Assembly: GCA_963804765.1 (NCBI GenBank)
Contig: CAWDRQ010000046.1
Coordinates: 85,580 to 149,579, forward strand
Source of the DNA: an uncultured Acidimicrobiaceae bacterium
Lineage (GTDB): Bacteria; Actinomycetota; Acidimicrobiia; Acidimicrobiales; Bog-793
Direction: 5' to 3'
DNA: 64,000 nt
The notes under the pieces are model-generated. The model was given only the letters and a program-made list of their open reading frames with translations, ran no database searches and had not been told where the DNA came from. Positions 41,785-52,451 of the stretch are shown in pieces. Within the stretch, counting starts at the first letter, position 1. The number at the start of each line of letters is the position of its first letter. A program made the position numbers and the translations under genes.

Positions 41785-43053
41785 CTAGCCTTTCACACCT
41801 GTGGACGGTGGCCCGGGGCCTTCGGCCTCGGCGGTGTCATAGTGGGAGAACCTCGGCATTAGCCAAGCCACCACGCCGACGCCCACGAGACAGCCGAGTC
41901 CTCCGGAGACGACCGAGATCTGGGCCGTCGAGACCGTTGCCACCGCGCCTGCCTCGAAGTCGCCGAGACGCGGCCCACCGGTCACGACTGCGGTGTGGAC
42001 CGAGGAGAGCCGCCCACGCAGCGATTCAGGTGCCTCGAGTTGGAGGATCGTGCCTCTGAAGACAGCCGAGACCACATCGGCCGCGCCGGCGAGCGCGAGG
42101 AACACCAGAGCGGCAGCCACCCATGGCACAAGGCCGAAAGCGGCGATAGCCGCCCCCCAGACGGCGACGGCGACGAGAACGGCTCGGCCCTGCTTGCGAA
42201 CGCGGACCACCCAACCGGTGAGCAACGCACCGATCAGAGCGCCGGCTCCAGGCGCCGCGTAAAGCAGGCCGACGGTTGCGGCACCGCCGTGGAAACGAAG
42301 GAGGGCGAGAGCCGGGAACAGCGCCCGCGGCATTCCGAGCACCATCGCGTTCAGGTCCACGACGAAGGTCCCTTGCAGGACAGGTCGACCCTTCAGGTAC
42401 GCCAGTCCCTCGGCGATCGAACGCAGTCCGAAACGGGTGCCACCTCCGGGGGGCCGCAGCGCGGGAAGACTCGCGACCGCGAGCAGCGAGACTGCGAAGG
42501 TGGCAGCGTCGATCCAGTACACCGAGGCGATTCCAACCTGTCCGAGAAGCAGTCCCGCGACGGCGGGCCCTGCCACCTGACCCACCTGGAAGAGAAGTTG
42601 CCAAAGTGCGTTGGCGCTCGCGAACATCGGGCGGCCCACCAAGTTGGCGAGGACCGCAGACCGCGTCGGACTGTCGACGCTGGCAACCCCGGACCCGAGC
42701 GCGCTCAGCGCGTACAAGGGCCAAAGCGCCGCGTGACCGCCGGTGGAGTTCAACGCGAGCCCCACGCTGCAAGCCGCTAGCGAGAGCTGCGTGACGAGGA
42801 GCAGGCGCCGGCGATCGACCGCGTCGGCGATCGAACCCCCGAACAACGACCCGGCCAGCACGGGAAGGATCTGCGCCAGGCCCACGAGCCCAACATCCAG
42901 TGAGGAATGGGTCAGCCTGAACACTTGGTACGGGATCGCGACCACTGTGAGCTGTGATCCGAGCGTCGTGACGAGGTAGCCTCCCCACAGCCGCCGGAAG
43001 GCCTGCGACTGACGCAGCGGGCCGAGGTCGACAAATAGCCTTCCTCGTGCCAT
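41785..43053 (-). CDS. MFS transporter (EntS/DUF894-like)
   Basis: 422 aa, about 12 TM segments. N terminus FRRLWGGYLVTTLGSQLTVVAIPYQVFRLT is typical of this MFS subfamily. Confidence 0.8.
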   Translation of the reverse strand: MARGRLFVDLGPLRQSQAFRRLWGGYLVTTLGSQLTVVAIPYQVFRLTHSSLDVGLVGLAQILPVLAGSLFGGSIADAVDRRRLLLVTQLSLAACSVGLALNSTGGHAALWPLYALSALGSGVASVDSPTRSAVLANLVGRPMFASANALWQLLFQVGQVAGPAVAGLLLGQVGIASVYWIDAATFAVSLLAVASLPALRPPGGGTRFGLRSIAEGLAYLKGRPVLQGTFVVDLNAMVLGMPRALFPALALLRFHGGAATVGLLYAAPGAGALIGALLTGWVVRVRKQGRAVLVAVAVWGAAIAAFGLVPWVAAALVFLALAGAADVVSAVFRGTILQLEAPESLRGRLSSVHTAVVTGGPRLGDFEAGAVATVSTAQISVVSGGLGCLVGVGVVAWLMPRFSHYDTAEAEGPGPPSTGVKG

Positions 43054-43158
43054 GACCAGAAGCTACTGAGAGCCGGGGCGTTCGCGGATGGATCGTGGAC
43101 CCGGGCGCGTCCGTGCGCGTCCTAACCTGTCAGTGAGCAAGCAGAGAGCACGGGGTTG

Positions 43159-44235
43159 ATGGGCCGGTCAGTTCGGATTGGGAGCATCAAAGGCGTCCCG
43201 ATACGCATCCACTGGACTTTCCCGCTCCTCGTGGTGCTGGTGATACTGCCGACCGGCGGCAAGACGACGACGCGTTCGCTCGCCGAGGGGCTCTTGTGGA
43301 TAGCGGCCCTGTTCATCTGCATCGTTGTTCACGAGCTGTCGCACAGCTTCGTGGCGCGCCGGCGGGGCTTCTTGGTACGTGACATCGTGCTCTTGCCCGT
43401 CGGCGGAGTGTCTGAGATCTCCGGACTGCCGGGCACTCCGGCCGACGAGCTCGCCATCGCTGTCGCCGGCCCCCTGGCCAGTGCTGGGCTCGCCCTGTTC
43501 CTCGCGCTTGCCGGATACGCGTCCGGGGCGGTGATGTGGCCCCCGACAATCTTCGCGGGCGCAATCCTGAGTCGCCTCATGTGGGCCAACCTCCTGCTTG
43601 CCGGCTTCAACCTCCTTCCCGCGATCCCGATGGACGGTGGTCGAGTGCTGAGGGCTGTGCTAGCCCGCAGGCGGAACGATCTCCGGGCAACCGTCCTCGC
43701 GGTACAGATCGGGCGCTTCATCGGACTCGCGATGGTCCTGGTGGGCGTTCGCTACGACCTTTGGCTTGCGGTGATAGGGCTTTTCGTCTTCGTGGGCGCC
43801 GGCGCCGAAAGGCAGGCCGCCGCCGTCCGTGCCGCAGTCGGAGGGCTGAAGGTGTCCGACGTGATGGTGCACGACCTCACGACTCTCGAGGCCGACTTCC
43901 CGCTCTCGGTCGTCGCGCCATTCCTGCAGGCCTCACCAGGCCGCGTCCTGCCGGTGGTCGACCACGGACGATACGTCGGCCTGATCGCCGCCGACCGGCT
44001 CACAGGCACCCCGGGCGCTCTCATTGTGGCCGACGCCACCGATCGCGGCGTTCCTGTGCTCGCGCCCGACGACCCTCTGTACCCGGTTGCGGTGGAGTGT
44101 CTTGCCCCCCGCCGGCTTCGCGCCGCGGCCGTGCTCGCGGACGGCCGCGTCGTCGGTGTTCTCTATGCGCCGCACCTGCAGGCGGCGTTGCGTCGGGCGA
44201 CTGCCACTCTCAGCACCTCCATAGTCCGGCGCTGA
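43159..44235 (+). CDS. site-2 protease family (M50) metalloprotease with a C-terminal CBS pair
   Basis: HELSHSFVARRRG (HExxH) in a TM helix, NLLPAIPMDGGRV second motif, then two CBS-like repeats (VSDVMVHDLTTL..., VADATDRGVPVL...). Confidence 0.85.
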   Translation: MGRSVRIGSIKGVPIRIHWTFPLLVVLVILPTGGKTTTRSLAEGLLWIAALFICIVVHELSHSFVARRRGFLVRDIVLLPVGGVSEISGLPGTPADELAIAVAGPLASAGLALFLALAGYASGAVMWPPTIFAGAILSRLMWANLLLAGFNLLPAIPMDGGRVLRAVLARRRNDLRATVLAVQIGRFIGLAMVLVGVRYDLWLAVIGLFVFVGAGAERQAAAVRAAVGGLKVSDVMVHDLTTLEADFPLSVVAPFLQASPGRVLPVVDHGRYVGLIAADRLTGTPGALIVADATDRGVPVLAPDDPLYPVAVECLAPRRLRAAAVLADGRVVGVLYAPHLQAALRRATATLSTSIVRR

Positions 44236-44271
44236 ACCGGCCGCAGAGCGGCGGTCCCGGATCGAGAATCG

Positions 44272-46029
44272 GTGTCAAGCTCAAGGTCCAGCAGCCGCGC
44301 GCCGATGACTCGATTGGTGTTCGAGCATCAGCGAGGCCATTTGCGGCGCGAGCGGGGCCACGCTGTGCCCGAGGGTTTCATAGCGGAGCGGCCGCTTGTG
44401 GGCCACTACGAGCTCGCGGCGATGTTCGGCGCGTTCGCCGACCTCGTCACGTTTCACGACCTCGACGGGACGATCCGGCTCGCGTCCGACTCCTCCCGCG
44501 CGATCCTGGGCCTCTCTCCGGACCAGCTCATCGGCCGGATGCCGACCGAGACCTTTGTCTGCGCCGAGGACGCGCCGCTCTTCGCCGCTGCTGTGAACCG
44601 TCTCCGCCAGGGCAACGAGACCGTCGAGGTCACCTTTCGCGTCCCGACCCAGACTGCTCAGGCGCAATGGCTCGACACGAGGATCGGGGCCGTTCGCGGC
44701 CTCAAGGGATCGGCTAGCGGTTTCGTCGCCGTTTCGCGTGTCGCGACCGACCGTCTCGAGACCGAGCGACGCCACCAGGAGCAGTTGGAGCGCTATCGCC
44801 AGATCACAGACGCCGTGCCGGGAATGACTGCTTTGGTCATCGATCGCGAGCTCTGCTGCCGCTTCGCAGCCGGAGGCGGTTTCCCCTCGATCACCGGTGG
44901 CCCGGACGCTTGTGTCGGCCACCCCCTCGCGCAGCTCCTGAGCGAAGATCGGTTCGAAGCTGCACGGCGTCACCTCGAAGAGTGCTTCGCCGGCCTCACC
45001 GCGACCGAGGAGAGCTCGGGTCCCGGTCGGTATCAGTTCTGGACGCGATACCTACCCGTTACCTCCAGCTCAGCGGCGATCGAGGAAGCCCTCCTCGTGA
45101 ACCTGGAGGTCAGCGATCGCGAGCGAACTCACGAAGCGCTGCGCCGGAGCGAAGCCAGCTTCTCGAGCGCCTTCGACAATTCCCCTATCGGCATGGCCAT
45201 CATCTCCCCCGACGGGTCCGTGCAGCGTGCAAACGACGCGTTCTGCGCGTTGACGAAACGGTCCCGCGAAGAATTGCACCGGGGATCGTGGTCGGATCTG
45301 ATTCACCCCGACGACGTCGAGTCCAACCGCGAGCTGACAGTCCGGATGCTCGCGGGCGAGAGACGAACCGCCATGGTCGACAGACGCTACTTGCGACCCG
45401 ACCACTCCGTGGTGCACACCGTGATGAGCATCACCCTAGTCAGGGATGAGGTCGGTCGGCCGCTTCATCTCGTCACTCAGGTCCTCGATGTGACCGACCG
45501 CCACCGCTTGGAGGCCTACCTCGAGGAGCTTGTGCTGCGCGATCCGCTCACGGGCGCTCACAATCGCAGGGCCCTCGACGTCGAGCTTTCCCGACGACTC
45601 GATCTTGAATCGGCAGAAGCACCGAGCGGCGCGCTCGTGCTGTTCGACATCGACAACTTCAAGGACCTGAACGACACCTTCGGCCACGACGTCGGTGACG
45701 ACGTCCTCAGGCACCTGGTCGCACAATGGCGTGAACGCCTGCGTCGCAGCGACGTCCTGGTGCGAATCGGCGGCGACGAGTTTGTCGTCCTGCTCGGCGA
45801 CAGCGACCCGGACAGCGTCGAATCGGTCGCCCGTGACCTTCTGACTCTCGCGGACAGTGCGATCCTGACCGTCACGGGTGTGCCCTCGTCGGTCAGTGCC
45901 GGAATGGCGCTGTTCCGGCCCGAGGAGGACTCTGCACAGCTGCTTCGCCGCGCCGACGACGCTCTTTATCTCGCCAAGCGCGCGGGCCGGGGGCGACTCG
46001 TCGTCGACCGCGAAGACTCCGAGTTCTGA
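44272..46029 (+). CDS. PAS-PAS-GGDEF diguanylate cyclase
   Basis: PAS-like segments (FADLVTFHDLDGTIRLASDSS; SPIGMAIISPDGSVQRANDAF) and a canonical GGDEF domain (DPLTGAHNRR, FDIDNFKDLNDTFGH, RIGGDEFVV). The start is uncertain (44272 or ATG 44305). Confidence 0.88.
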   Translation: MSSSRSSSRAPMTRLVFEHQRGHLRRERGHAVPEGFIAERPLVGHYELAAMFGAFADLVTFHDLDGTIRLASDSSRAILGLSPDQLIGRMPTETFVCAEDAPLFAAAVNRLRQGNETVEVTFRVPTQTAQAQWLDTRIGAVRGLKGSASGFVAVSRVATDRLETERRHQEQLERYRQITDAVPGMTALVIDRELCCRFAAGGGFPSITGGPDACVGHPLAQLLSEDRFEAARRHLEECFAGLTATEESSGPGRYQFWTRYLPVTSSSAAIEEALLVNLEVSDRERTHEALRRSEASFSSAFDNSPIGMAIISPDGSVQRANDAFCALTKRSREELHRGSWSDLIHPDDVESNRELTVRMLAGERRTAMVDRRYLRPDHSVVHTVMSITLVRDEVGRPLHLVTQVLDVTDRHRLEAYLEELVLRDPLTGAHNRRALDVELSRRLDLESAEAPSGALVLFDIDNFKDLNDTFGHDVGDDVLRHLVAQWRERLRRSDVLVRIGGDEFVVLLGDSDPDSVESVARDLLTLADSAILTVTGVPSSVSAGMALFRPEEDSAQLLRRADDALYLAKRAGRGRLVVDREDSEF

Positions 46030-46122
46030 CCGGCCGAGGTTCTCGTCTGTCTCGCGCGCCGCAACGAGCGACAGCCTTCAGGTACCTTCGCACGTGGAGG
46101 CGAATGCTCGCGCGCAGCCTGA

Positions 46123-47998
46123 TCACCCGGCCCGGCGGCCTGCGTGGACTTCGCGTGCTTCGCCTCCGAACCGGTCGCGCTTGGACTGCGCGGTGCGCCT
46201 TCCTCGCTCAGCCTGGTCGAGCAGAACCTTGCGCAACCGGACGCTGGCCGGGGTGGCCTCGACGCACTCGTCCTCGCTGATGAATTCGAGCGCCTGCTCG
46301 AGCGAGAGGAGCCTGGGTGGAATCAGGCGGACCAGCTCCTCGGCCGTGGAGGAGCGCACGTTGGTGACCTTGCGCTCCTTGGTCGCGTTGACGTCCATGT
46401 CCTCGGGGCGGGCGTTCTCTCCGATGATCATTCCTTCGTAGACCTCGACGCCGGGCCCGACGAACAGCGCGCCGCGATCCTGGAGGTTCATCAGGGCGTA
46501 GGTGGTCGTCAAACCGCTCCTGTCGGCGACCAGCGAGCCCGACGCACGCGTGCGCAACTCACCGTGCCACGGCTCGAAGCGGTCGAATATGTGATGCAAC
46601 ACTCCGGTTCCGCGGGTCTCGGTCAAGAACTCGGTGCGAAAGCCGATCAAGCCGCGAGACGGTACCGAGTAGTCGACCCTCGCCCAGCCGGTGCCGTGAT
46701 TGACCATCTGTACGAGGCGCCCCTTGCGCAGCGACAGCAGCTGGGTGACTACGCCGAGGAACTCCTCGGGCACGTCGATCGACACCGCCTCCACCGGCTC
46801 GTGCAGCTTGTCGCCGATCATCCGGGTCACAACCTGCGGCTTGCCCACGGTGATCTCGAACCCTTCTCGGCGCAGCATCTCGACTAGAACGGCGAGCTGC
46901 AGCTCACCGCGGCCTTGTACCTCCCAGGTATCGGGTCGCTCCGTGGTCAGCAGGCGAATTCGAGACGTTCCCGACAAGCTCTGCATCAAGGCGGTTCTTG
47001 AGCAGCCTGGCGGTTACCTTGGTGCCTTCGGTCCCCGACAGGGGCGAAGTGTTGATGCCGATCGTCATCCCGAGGCTGGGCTCGTCGACGATGAGAACCG
47101 GAAGCGGACGCGGGTCGTCGGGGTCCGAGAGCGTCTCGCCGATCGTGACCTCGGACAACCCGGCCACGGCGATGATCTCGCCCGGGCCGGCCTCGGCGGC
47201 ATCGACTCGGTCCAGCCCCTCGGACACGTACAGCTCGGCAACCTTGAATCGCTCCACATTTCCGTCGGCCCGGCACCACGCAACCTGCTGCCCGCGTCGG
47301 ATCGTGCCATGCAGGACACGGCAGATCGCGAGACGACCGACATAGGCCGACGCGTCGAGGTTCGTGACCAGTGCCTGCAGCGGATGATCCGGCTCAAATG
47401 TCGGAGCGGGAATGTAGTCGTAGATGACCTTGAACAACGGCTCAAGGTCTGTTCCTGTCACCGTGGGGTCGAGCGAGGCTCGTCCCGCCCTGGCATTGCA
47501 GTACACGATGGGGAACTCGATCTGTTCCTCGTCCGCGTCGAGGTCCATGAAGAGCTCATAGACGTCGTCCACCACTTCCTTGGGACGCGCGTCGGGGCGG
47601 TCGATCTTGTTGACCACGAGCACGACAGGCAGGCGCCGCTCGAGCGCCTTGCGCAACACGAAGCGGGTCTGGGGCAAGGGACCTTCGCTCGCGTCCACAA
47701 GCAGGAGAACGCCGTCGACCATCGCGAGAGCTCTCTCGACCTCTCCGCCGAAGTCGGCATGCCCCGGAGTGTCCACGATGTTGAACTTCACGCCTCCGTG
47801 GCGCACGGAGGTGTTCTTCGCCAGGATGGTGATCCCCTTCTCGCGCTCGAGATCGATCGAGTCCATGACGCGCTCATTGACTTCTTGATTCACGCGGAAC
47901 ACTCCCGATTGCCACAACATCCCGTCGACAAGGGTCGTCTTGCCGTGGTCGACGTGAGCGACGATCGCGAGGTTGCGGAAGTTGGCGCGCGAGAGCAT
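46123..47998 (-). pseudogene. typA: translational GTPase TypA/BipA, split by a net +1 frameshift near 46955-46963
   Basis: ORF 46904..48043 reads [22 protein letters not shown]...[14 protein letters not shown]...NKID...[22 protein letters not shown], then leaves frame. ORF 46123..46989 continues [35 protein letters not shown]... Removing one A from tcgAAttc gives NVSIRLL. ATG at 47998. Confidence 0.88.
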
Positions 47999-48151
47999 GT
48001 GGGCAGGACCCCTGAGAAAGGCACGGCAAACGCCGCGTGACACGATTCTACCGGCTCCGACGCGCGACAGCTCTCAGGAGGGCGACCGTCTGCGGCGCCG
48101 GGCTTGGACCGAGCCGCCGCTTTCCAAGCTTCCGAGGATCTCCGGGCCTTG

Positions 48152-49186
48152 TTAGTACAGCAACTCCGCTAGCCGGTACAGGTCCTCCGGCACCAGCCGG
48201 GGCTCGGCCACAACTTCGGACAACCGGACACACTCCACGTTGTCACCGCGCTTGATGGGGATCTCACCGAAGCGCCGCTCGCTTATCAGCTTGTAGGCGG
48301 CAACGCCGACCCGAGTCGCCCAGATCCGGTCGTAGGCGGTAGGCGTGCCTCCTCTTTGGGTGTGGCCCAGGACGGTGACTCTCGTCTCGAAGCCGGTCAC
48401 CTCCTCCACCTGGCGCCCAAGGCGCTCCCCGATCCCGCGGCGGCTGAGCTGGGCATGCCCGAAGGCGTCAAGAGGCGCCTCACTGTCTGACGAGGTGGTC
48501 AGGCCGTCGACCTCGGCCCCCTCCGAGACAGCGATGATGCTGAAGGTCTTGCCCTGCTTGCGGCGGGCGTTGAGATGCTCGACGACCTTCTCCAGTCCGA
48601 CCGCGAATTCCGGGATGATGATCATGTCGGCCCCGCCGGCGATGCCCCCCATGAGGGTCACCCAACCGGCCTCGCGTCCCATCGCCTCGACCACCATCAC
48701 TCGGTGGTGCGAGGCAGCAGTCGTGTGCAGCCGGTCGACCGCCTCGGTGACAATGGCGACCGCAGTGTCGAACCCAATGCAGTACTCCGTGAGTAGCAAG
48801 TCGTTGTCCACCGTCTTTGGGACCCCGACCACGGGCACTCCCCGGTCCGCCAATGCAGCGCCCACCGATAGCGTGTCGTCCCCGCCGATGGTCACCAGCG
48901 CGTCTATGCCGAGACGGCCGATGTTGGCAATGACGGTATCCATCGCTCTGGCGTCCGCCAGGGGGTTGACGCGCGAGGTGCCCAGGATCGTGCCGCCACG
49001 AGAGAGGATCCCCGACACGTCTGCAAGCTGCAGCGGGCTGGCGTCCCCGTCGTCGACCAGGCCGGCCCACCCGTTGCGCACTCCGAGAACGTCGACTCCG
49101 TCATCGAAGGCACTGCGTGCCACGCCCCGGATCGCCGCGTTCAGCCCAGGCGCGTCTCCCCCGCCAGTCAGGATCCCAATCTGCAC
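48152..49186 (-). CDS. pfkA: 6-phosphofructokinase (actinobacterial PfkA family; ATP versus PPi specificity not decidable by eye)
   Basis: VQIGILTGGGDAPGLNAAIRGV, TIGGDDTL, VGVPKTVDND, MGREAGW. GTG at 49186 is preceded by GGAGG. The longer ORF extension to 49612 overlaps the next gene. Confidence 0.9.
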   Translation of the reverse strand: MQIGILTGGGDAPGLNAAIRGVARSAFDDGVDVLGVRNGWAGLVDDGDASPLQLADVSGILSRGGTILGTSRVNPLADARAMDTVIANIGRLGIDALVTIGGDDTLSVGAALADRGVPVVGVPKTVDNDLLLTEYCIGFDTAVAIVTEAVDRLHTTAASHHRVMVVEAMGREAGWVTLMGGIAGGADMIIIPEFAVGLEKVVEHLNARRKQGKTFSIIAVSEGAEVDGLTTSSDSEAPLDAFGHAQLSRRGIGERLGRQVEEVTGFETRVTVLGHTQRGGTPTAYDRIWATRVGVAAYKLISERRFGEIPIKRGDNVECVRLSEVVAEPRLVPEDLYRLAELLY

Positions 49187-49490
49187 GAGTTCCTCCGCTC
49201 CTTTGGTTCGAATTCCTGGGCGAGTATAACTCCGCGAGGGGTCGCCCAATTTGCCGATTGTCACCGTCCGACCGCGACATGCGCCTGACTGCCGGTCGGT
49301 CAGCATCGCCTGAAATTCCGCCGAGAACTCCCCGGGGCAACACCCCGGGGCTTGCCCCATCGGGCTGCCTGAACGGCGTGGCCGAGCGCGTTCAGGACCA
49401 GTTCGACGAGGACGACCATTGTTTTGCGACGACCGGGGGGGGTGGCTCGCGCGGCGCCTGTGCTTCGCTTGGATTCCTGTGCGGAAAGGC

Positions 49491-50291
49491 TCAACGCTCG
49501 CGGCGCCAGGTCCCGAGCAACACCGCCGCGTACCGTAAGCCGTAGAGGGCGTTGGTGCCCTTCTTCGACTGGCCCGACGCCCGCTCGTGCCACACCGCCG
49601 GGCGTTCGGCAACCCTCCACCCCCGCTTGAGTGATGTGACGAGCAGTTCGGCGGTCTGGTACTGGTCCTGCTCCAGCCGGCCCTTCACGTCCGCCAGCAT
49701 CGTCGCCCGCAGGGCCCGGAAGCCGTTGGAGGTATCAGTGAGATGAGCGCCGGTCAGCAGGTTCATGAGCGCCGCGAAGAACACCACGCCCAACTGGCGG
49801 TACCGGTCTGCCGTCCTGTCAACGCCCAAACGCCTGGAGGCCACGACGAAGTCCGCCTCGTCGTCCACTAGCGGCTGAAGCAGCTGCGGCATCTCGGCGG
49901 GGTCGTTCTGGCCGTCGGCATCAAAGGTGACCACGTACTGGGCTCCCAACGCCACGCAAAGGTCATAGCCGACACGCAGCGCCACCCCGTGACCCAGGTT
50001 CACCGGGAACACGAAGGTGACGGCCCCCTCTTCCATGGCGACACGGACGGTCTCGTCCTGGCCGCCGTCGACGATCACGAGCGGTGTGACCTCGAGCCCG
50101 CACGCCACTTTCGGCACCCGCCTCAGCACGTCTCCGATGTTCGCCTCCTCCTCATAGGCGCAGATCAGACCAACCACCGCAGTCAGCTTGAGGTCACCGT
50201 ACCGTTCGTCGAATTTCTGGCGCCCGAGCTCGATGACGAGCCGCTGAAGCGCCCGCAGGCGGGTCTGCTGATGGTCCGAGATGTTTGCCAT
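49491..50291 (-). CDS. glycosyltransferase family 2 (soluble polyprenyl-phosphate glycosyltransferase-like)
   Basis: GLICAYEEEANIGDVL...VIVDGGQDET...VVTFDADGQNDP (DxD-type). No obvious TM segment. Divergent from the GT-C candidate at 50789. Confidence 0.78.
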   Translation of the reverse strand: MANISDHQQTRLRALQRLVIELGRQKFDERYGDLKLTAVVGLICAYEEEANIGDVLRRVPKVACGLEVTPLVIVDGGQDETVRVAMEEGAVTFVFPVNLGHGVALRVGYDLCVALGAQYVVTFDADGQNDPAEMPQLLQPLVDDEADFVVASRRLGVDRTADRYRQLGVVFFAALMNLLTGAHLTDTSNGFRALRATMLADVKGRLEQDQYQTAELLVTSLKRGWRVAERPAVWHERASGQSKKGTNALYGLRYAAVLLGTWRRER

Positions 50292-50408
50292 GCCTGGAGC
50301 TCCTGAGGTTCAGCCGACGTGCGGACTGGCGAAGACCTGGTGCGAGGTGGGTTGCAGGTGCCGAAGCGATCCCGGAAAACACCCTTTCATTCCCAACCCG
50401 CACCTCTC

Positions 50409-50728
50409 TCACATACTGCTGGCCGACGGTATTTCTCGAATTGCCATATGGCCTTCGGGCAGCGGATCGTACCCGTGAACGGTGGCATGGCTCTTCTCGG
50501 AGATGACCTTATCGCCCGTGATCGTGGCGTGAAGGCCGTGCACTACATGGACTCCCGGCGCGCTAGCTCGCAACCGACGTCCTCGTGTGCCAGACTCGCG
50601 ATCCTGATGGAGGCCGGTTCGGACGCTGCTGGGTGCATCCCGGTGACCACGATACGCGTTAGTCGTGGAGCGGCATGCTCGTCGTGCCCAACGCCAGGTT
50701 CGCGACGGGCAGGTCGCTCCCGTGTCAT
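50409..50728 (-). pseudogene. possible decayed or frameshifted small gene in the 0.5-kb divergent spacer
   Basis: Two adjacent minus-strand frames show coding-like GC3. The first reads MTRERPARREPGVGHDEHAAPRLTRIVVTGMHPAASEPASIRIASLAHEDVGCELARRESM* (stop 50543). The second reads VHVVHGLHATITGDKVISEKSHATVHGYDPLPEGH...* (stop 50409). Joined length 320 nt, which is 2 mod 3. No family recognised. Confidence 0.25.
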
Positions 50729-50788
50729 GTGTGAGAGCTTCGGCCGCCACCTTGGACGGGTTGACCGCCAGTTCTGCGGCGACACACC

Positions 50789-52417
50789 GTGATCCGCCCG
50801 GTTTCGCCGAGCCGGCAGGCACCAACGAGCCGCTGGGCGGTGTGGCTGACGGTAGCGGCGCTGATCGTCTTTCCCTTCCTCTACGGCCTGGTCGCGCTCC
50901 ACCGAGGTGAGGACGCGGACTGGGACCTGATGAACTACCACTTCTTCGATCCGTTCTGGGTCCTCCTCAACCACCAGCACGACATCATGCCGGCACAGCT
51001 GCAGACCTATTACAACCCCGTCCTCGACATCCCCTTCTACTTCGTGGCACGCCATCTCTCAGCCCGCACGGTCGCGTACGGCATCGCCTTCGTGCAGGGT
51101 CTCTCCTTTCCGATCCTGTACCTGATCGCACGGGTGTTCACGCGCCGCCGGTTGCTGGCTCTGGCAGGGGCCGGCCTGGGCATCTTCGCCGCGGGGGCGT
51201 TTTCGGAAATCGGAAGCGTGATGGGTGACACCCTCACCGCGCCGTTCCTCCTCGGTGGGATCCTGCTCGGTCTTCACGCCTGCCGTTCACCCGCCCATGG
51301 TGTAGCCAGGCGCGTGCTCGCGTTGGCTGCGGCCGCAGGCGTCGTGTCCGGGTTCGGCTCCGGCCTCAAGCTCTCCGCGTTCCCCTTCACCGTGGCCACC
51401 GCCATCGCTTTCTTGGTGATCGGCCTGCCGTGGGCTCGCCGGCTGGCATTGGCGTTCGCCTGTGGTTGTGGTGCGCTCGTGGGCCTCCTGGTCTCCTACG
51501 GATGGTGGGGCTACGAGCTCGCTGTGCGGTGGGGAAGCCCGTTGCTCCCCTACTTGAACCAACTCTTCGCCTCGCCTTACGCACCGCTCGCGTCGAACAC
51601 AGACGCCAGACGGTTGCCGCATGGAGTACTGCAGGCGCTCTTCTACCCGTTCTTGTGGACGCTGCAGCCTCTGCGCACCAGCCCCCAGACCTTTCGAGAG
51701 CTCACCATGCCGGCGCTGGAACTCGTCCTGCTGCTGCTGGCCGCCAAGGGTGTCGCCCTGACCGCGCGGCGACGTGCGTGGCGCCCGATCTTCGGCTCCG
51801 ATGCCGAGCGTTTCATCGTGCTGCTCGCAATCGTCACCTACTTGATCTGGGTGGACGTCTTTGCCATCTATCGCTATCTGGTCCCCCTCGAGATGCTCTC
51901 GTTCGTGCTCCTGGGCGTCTGCGTCCGGCGCTTGTTTGCCCCGGCAAGGCCGTGGCCGATCGCAGCCGCGTTGCTGGTGGCGATAGTCGTGGCGTCCCTT
52001 GTCACCGAGCAGACCGACAGCATCGGTCGCACGGCGTGGGCACAGCGAGACATCACTGTGTTGGTGCCGGCGTCCATCGCGTCGCCGGCGGCATTCTTGA
52101 TGATTGGTTCGAACCCCGATGCCTACGTGGTCCCCTACTTCCCGAGCGACGACTTCTTCGCGCGGATCCAAGGCAACATCCGACCGACTCCGACAGTCGA
52201 GGCTCGGATCAAGAAGGACCTCCGGGGCTATGGCCACGTCTACGTCTTCTTCGTGGACCCGAACGCTTACCCCAGCAACGCCGCGCTACTTGCCCAGGCG
52301 AGACCTCCGTGGGGGACCTACGGCTTCCGGGTGAATGCGAGCGGCTGTGTCGAGATCCCGACCAAAATCGGCGCGGTCGGCCAGTCGGTGCACGCGTGCC
52401 CGCTCGAGCGGATCTGA
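50789..52417 (+). CDS. polytopic membrane protein, candidate GT-C-fold glycosyltransferase
   Basis: 542 aa with at least 10 hydrophobic helices. An acidic first loop (HRGEDADWDLMNYHFFDP) follows TM1, as in polyprenyl-phosphate-sugar-dependent GT-C enzymes. Has a C-terminal soluble domain. GTG start. Confidence 0.6.
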   Translation: MIRPVSPSRQAPTSRWAVWLTVAALIVFPFLYGLVALHRGEDADWDLMNYHFFDPFWVLLNHQHDIMPAQLQTYYNPVLDIPFYFVARHLSARTVAYGIAFVQGLSFPILYLIARVFTRRRLLALAGAGLGIFAAGAFSEIGSVMGDTLTAPFLLGGILLGLHACRSPAHGVARRVLALAAAAGVVSGFGSGLKLSAFPFTVATAIAFLVIGLPWARRLALAFACGCGALVGLLVSYGWWGYELAVRWGSPLLPYLNQLFASPYAPLASNTDARRLPHGVLQALFYPFLWTLQPLRTSPQTFRELTMPALELVLLLLAAKGVALTARRRAWRPIFGSDAERFIVLLAIVTYLIWVDVFAIYRYLVPLEMLSFVLLGVCVRRLFAPARPWPIAAALLVAIVVASLVTEQTDSIGRTAWAQRDITVLVPASIASPAAFLMIGSNPDAYVVPYFPSDDFFARIQGNIRPTPTVEARIKKDLRGYGHVYVFFVDPNAYPSNAALLAQARPPWGTYGFRVNASGCVEIPTKIGAVGQSVHACPLERI

Positions 52418-52451
52418 ACGAGAGCGAGAGCTCCCCCGCCTCGTCCTGCCT

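Noticed and set aside
17063-46961. Both the thiD and typA frameshifts fall in GAATTC (EcoRI) sites where deleting one A restores the frame, hinting at a site-specific artefact.
   Set aside because: Other GAATTC sites in the window are in-frame inside intact genes: 6445-6450 in LOG, about 8610 in the GGDEF motif, and about 48604 in pfk. The remaining frameshifts are not at GAATTC. I treat it as coincidence within a general short-homopolymer indel pattern.
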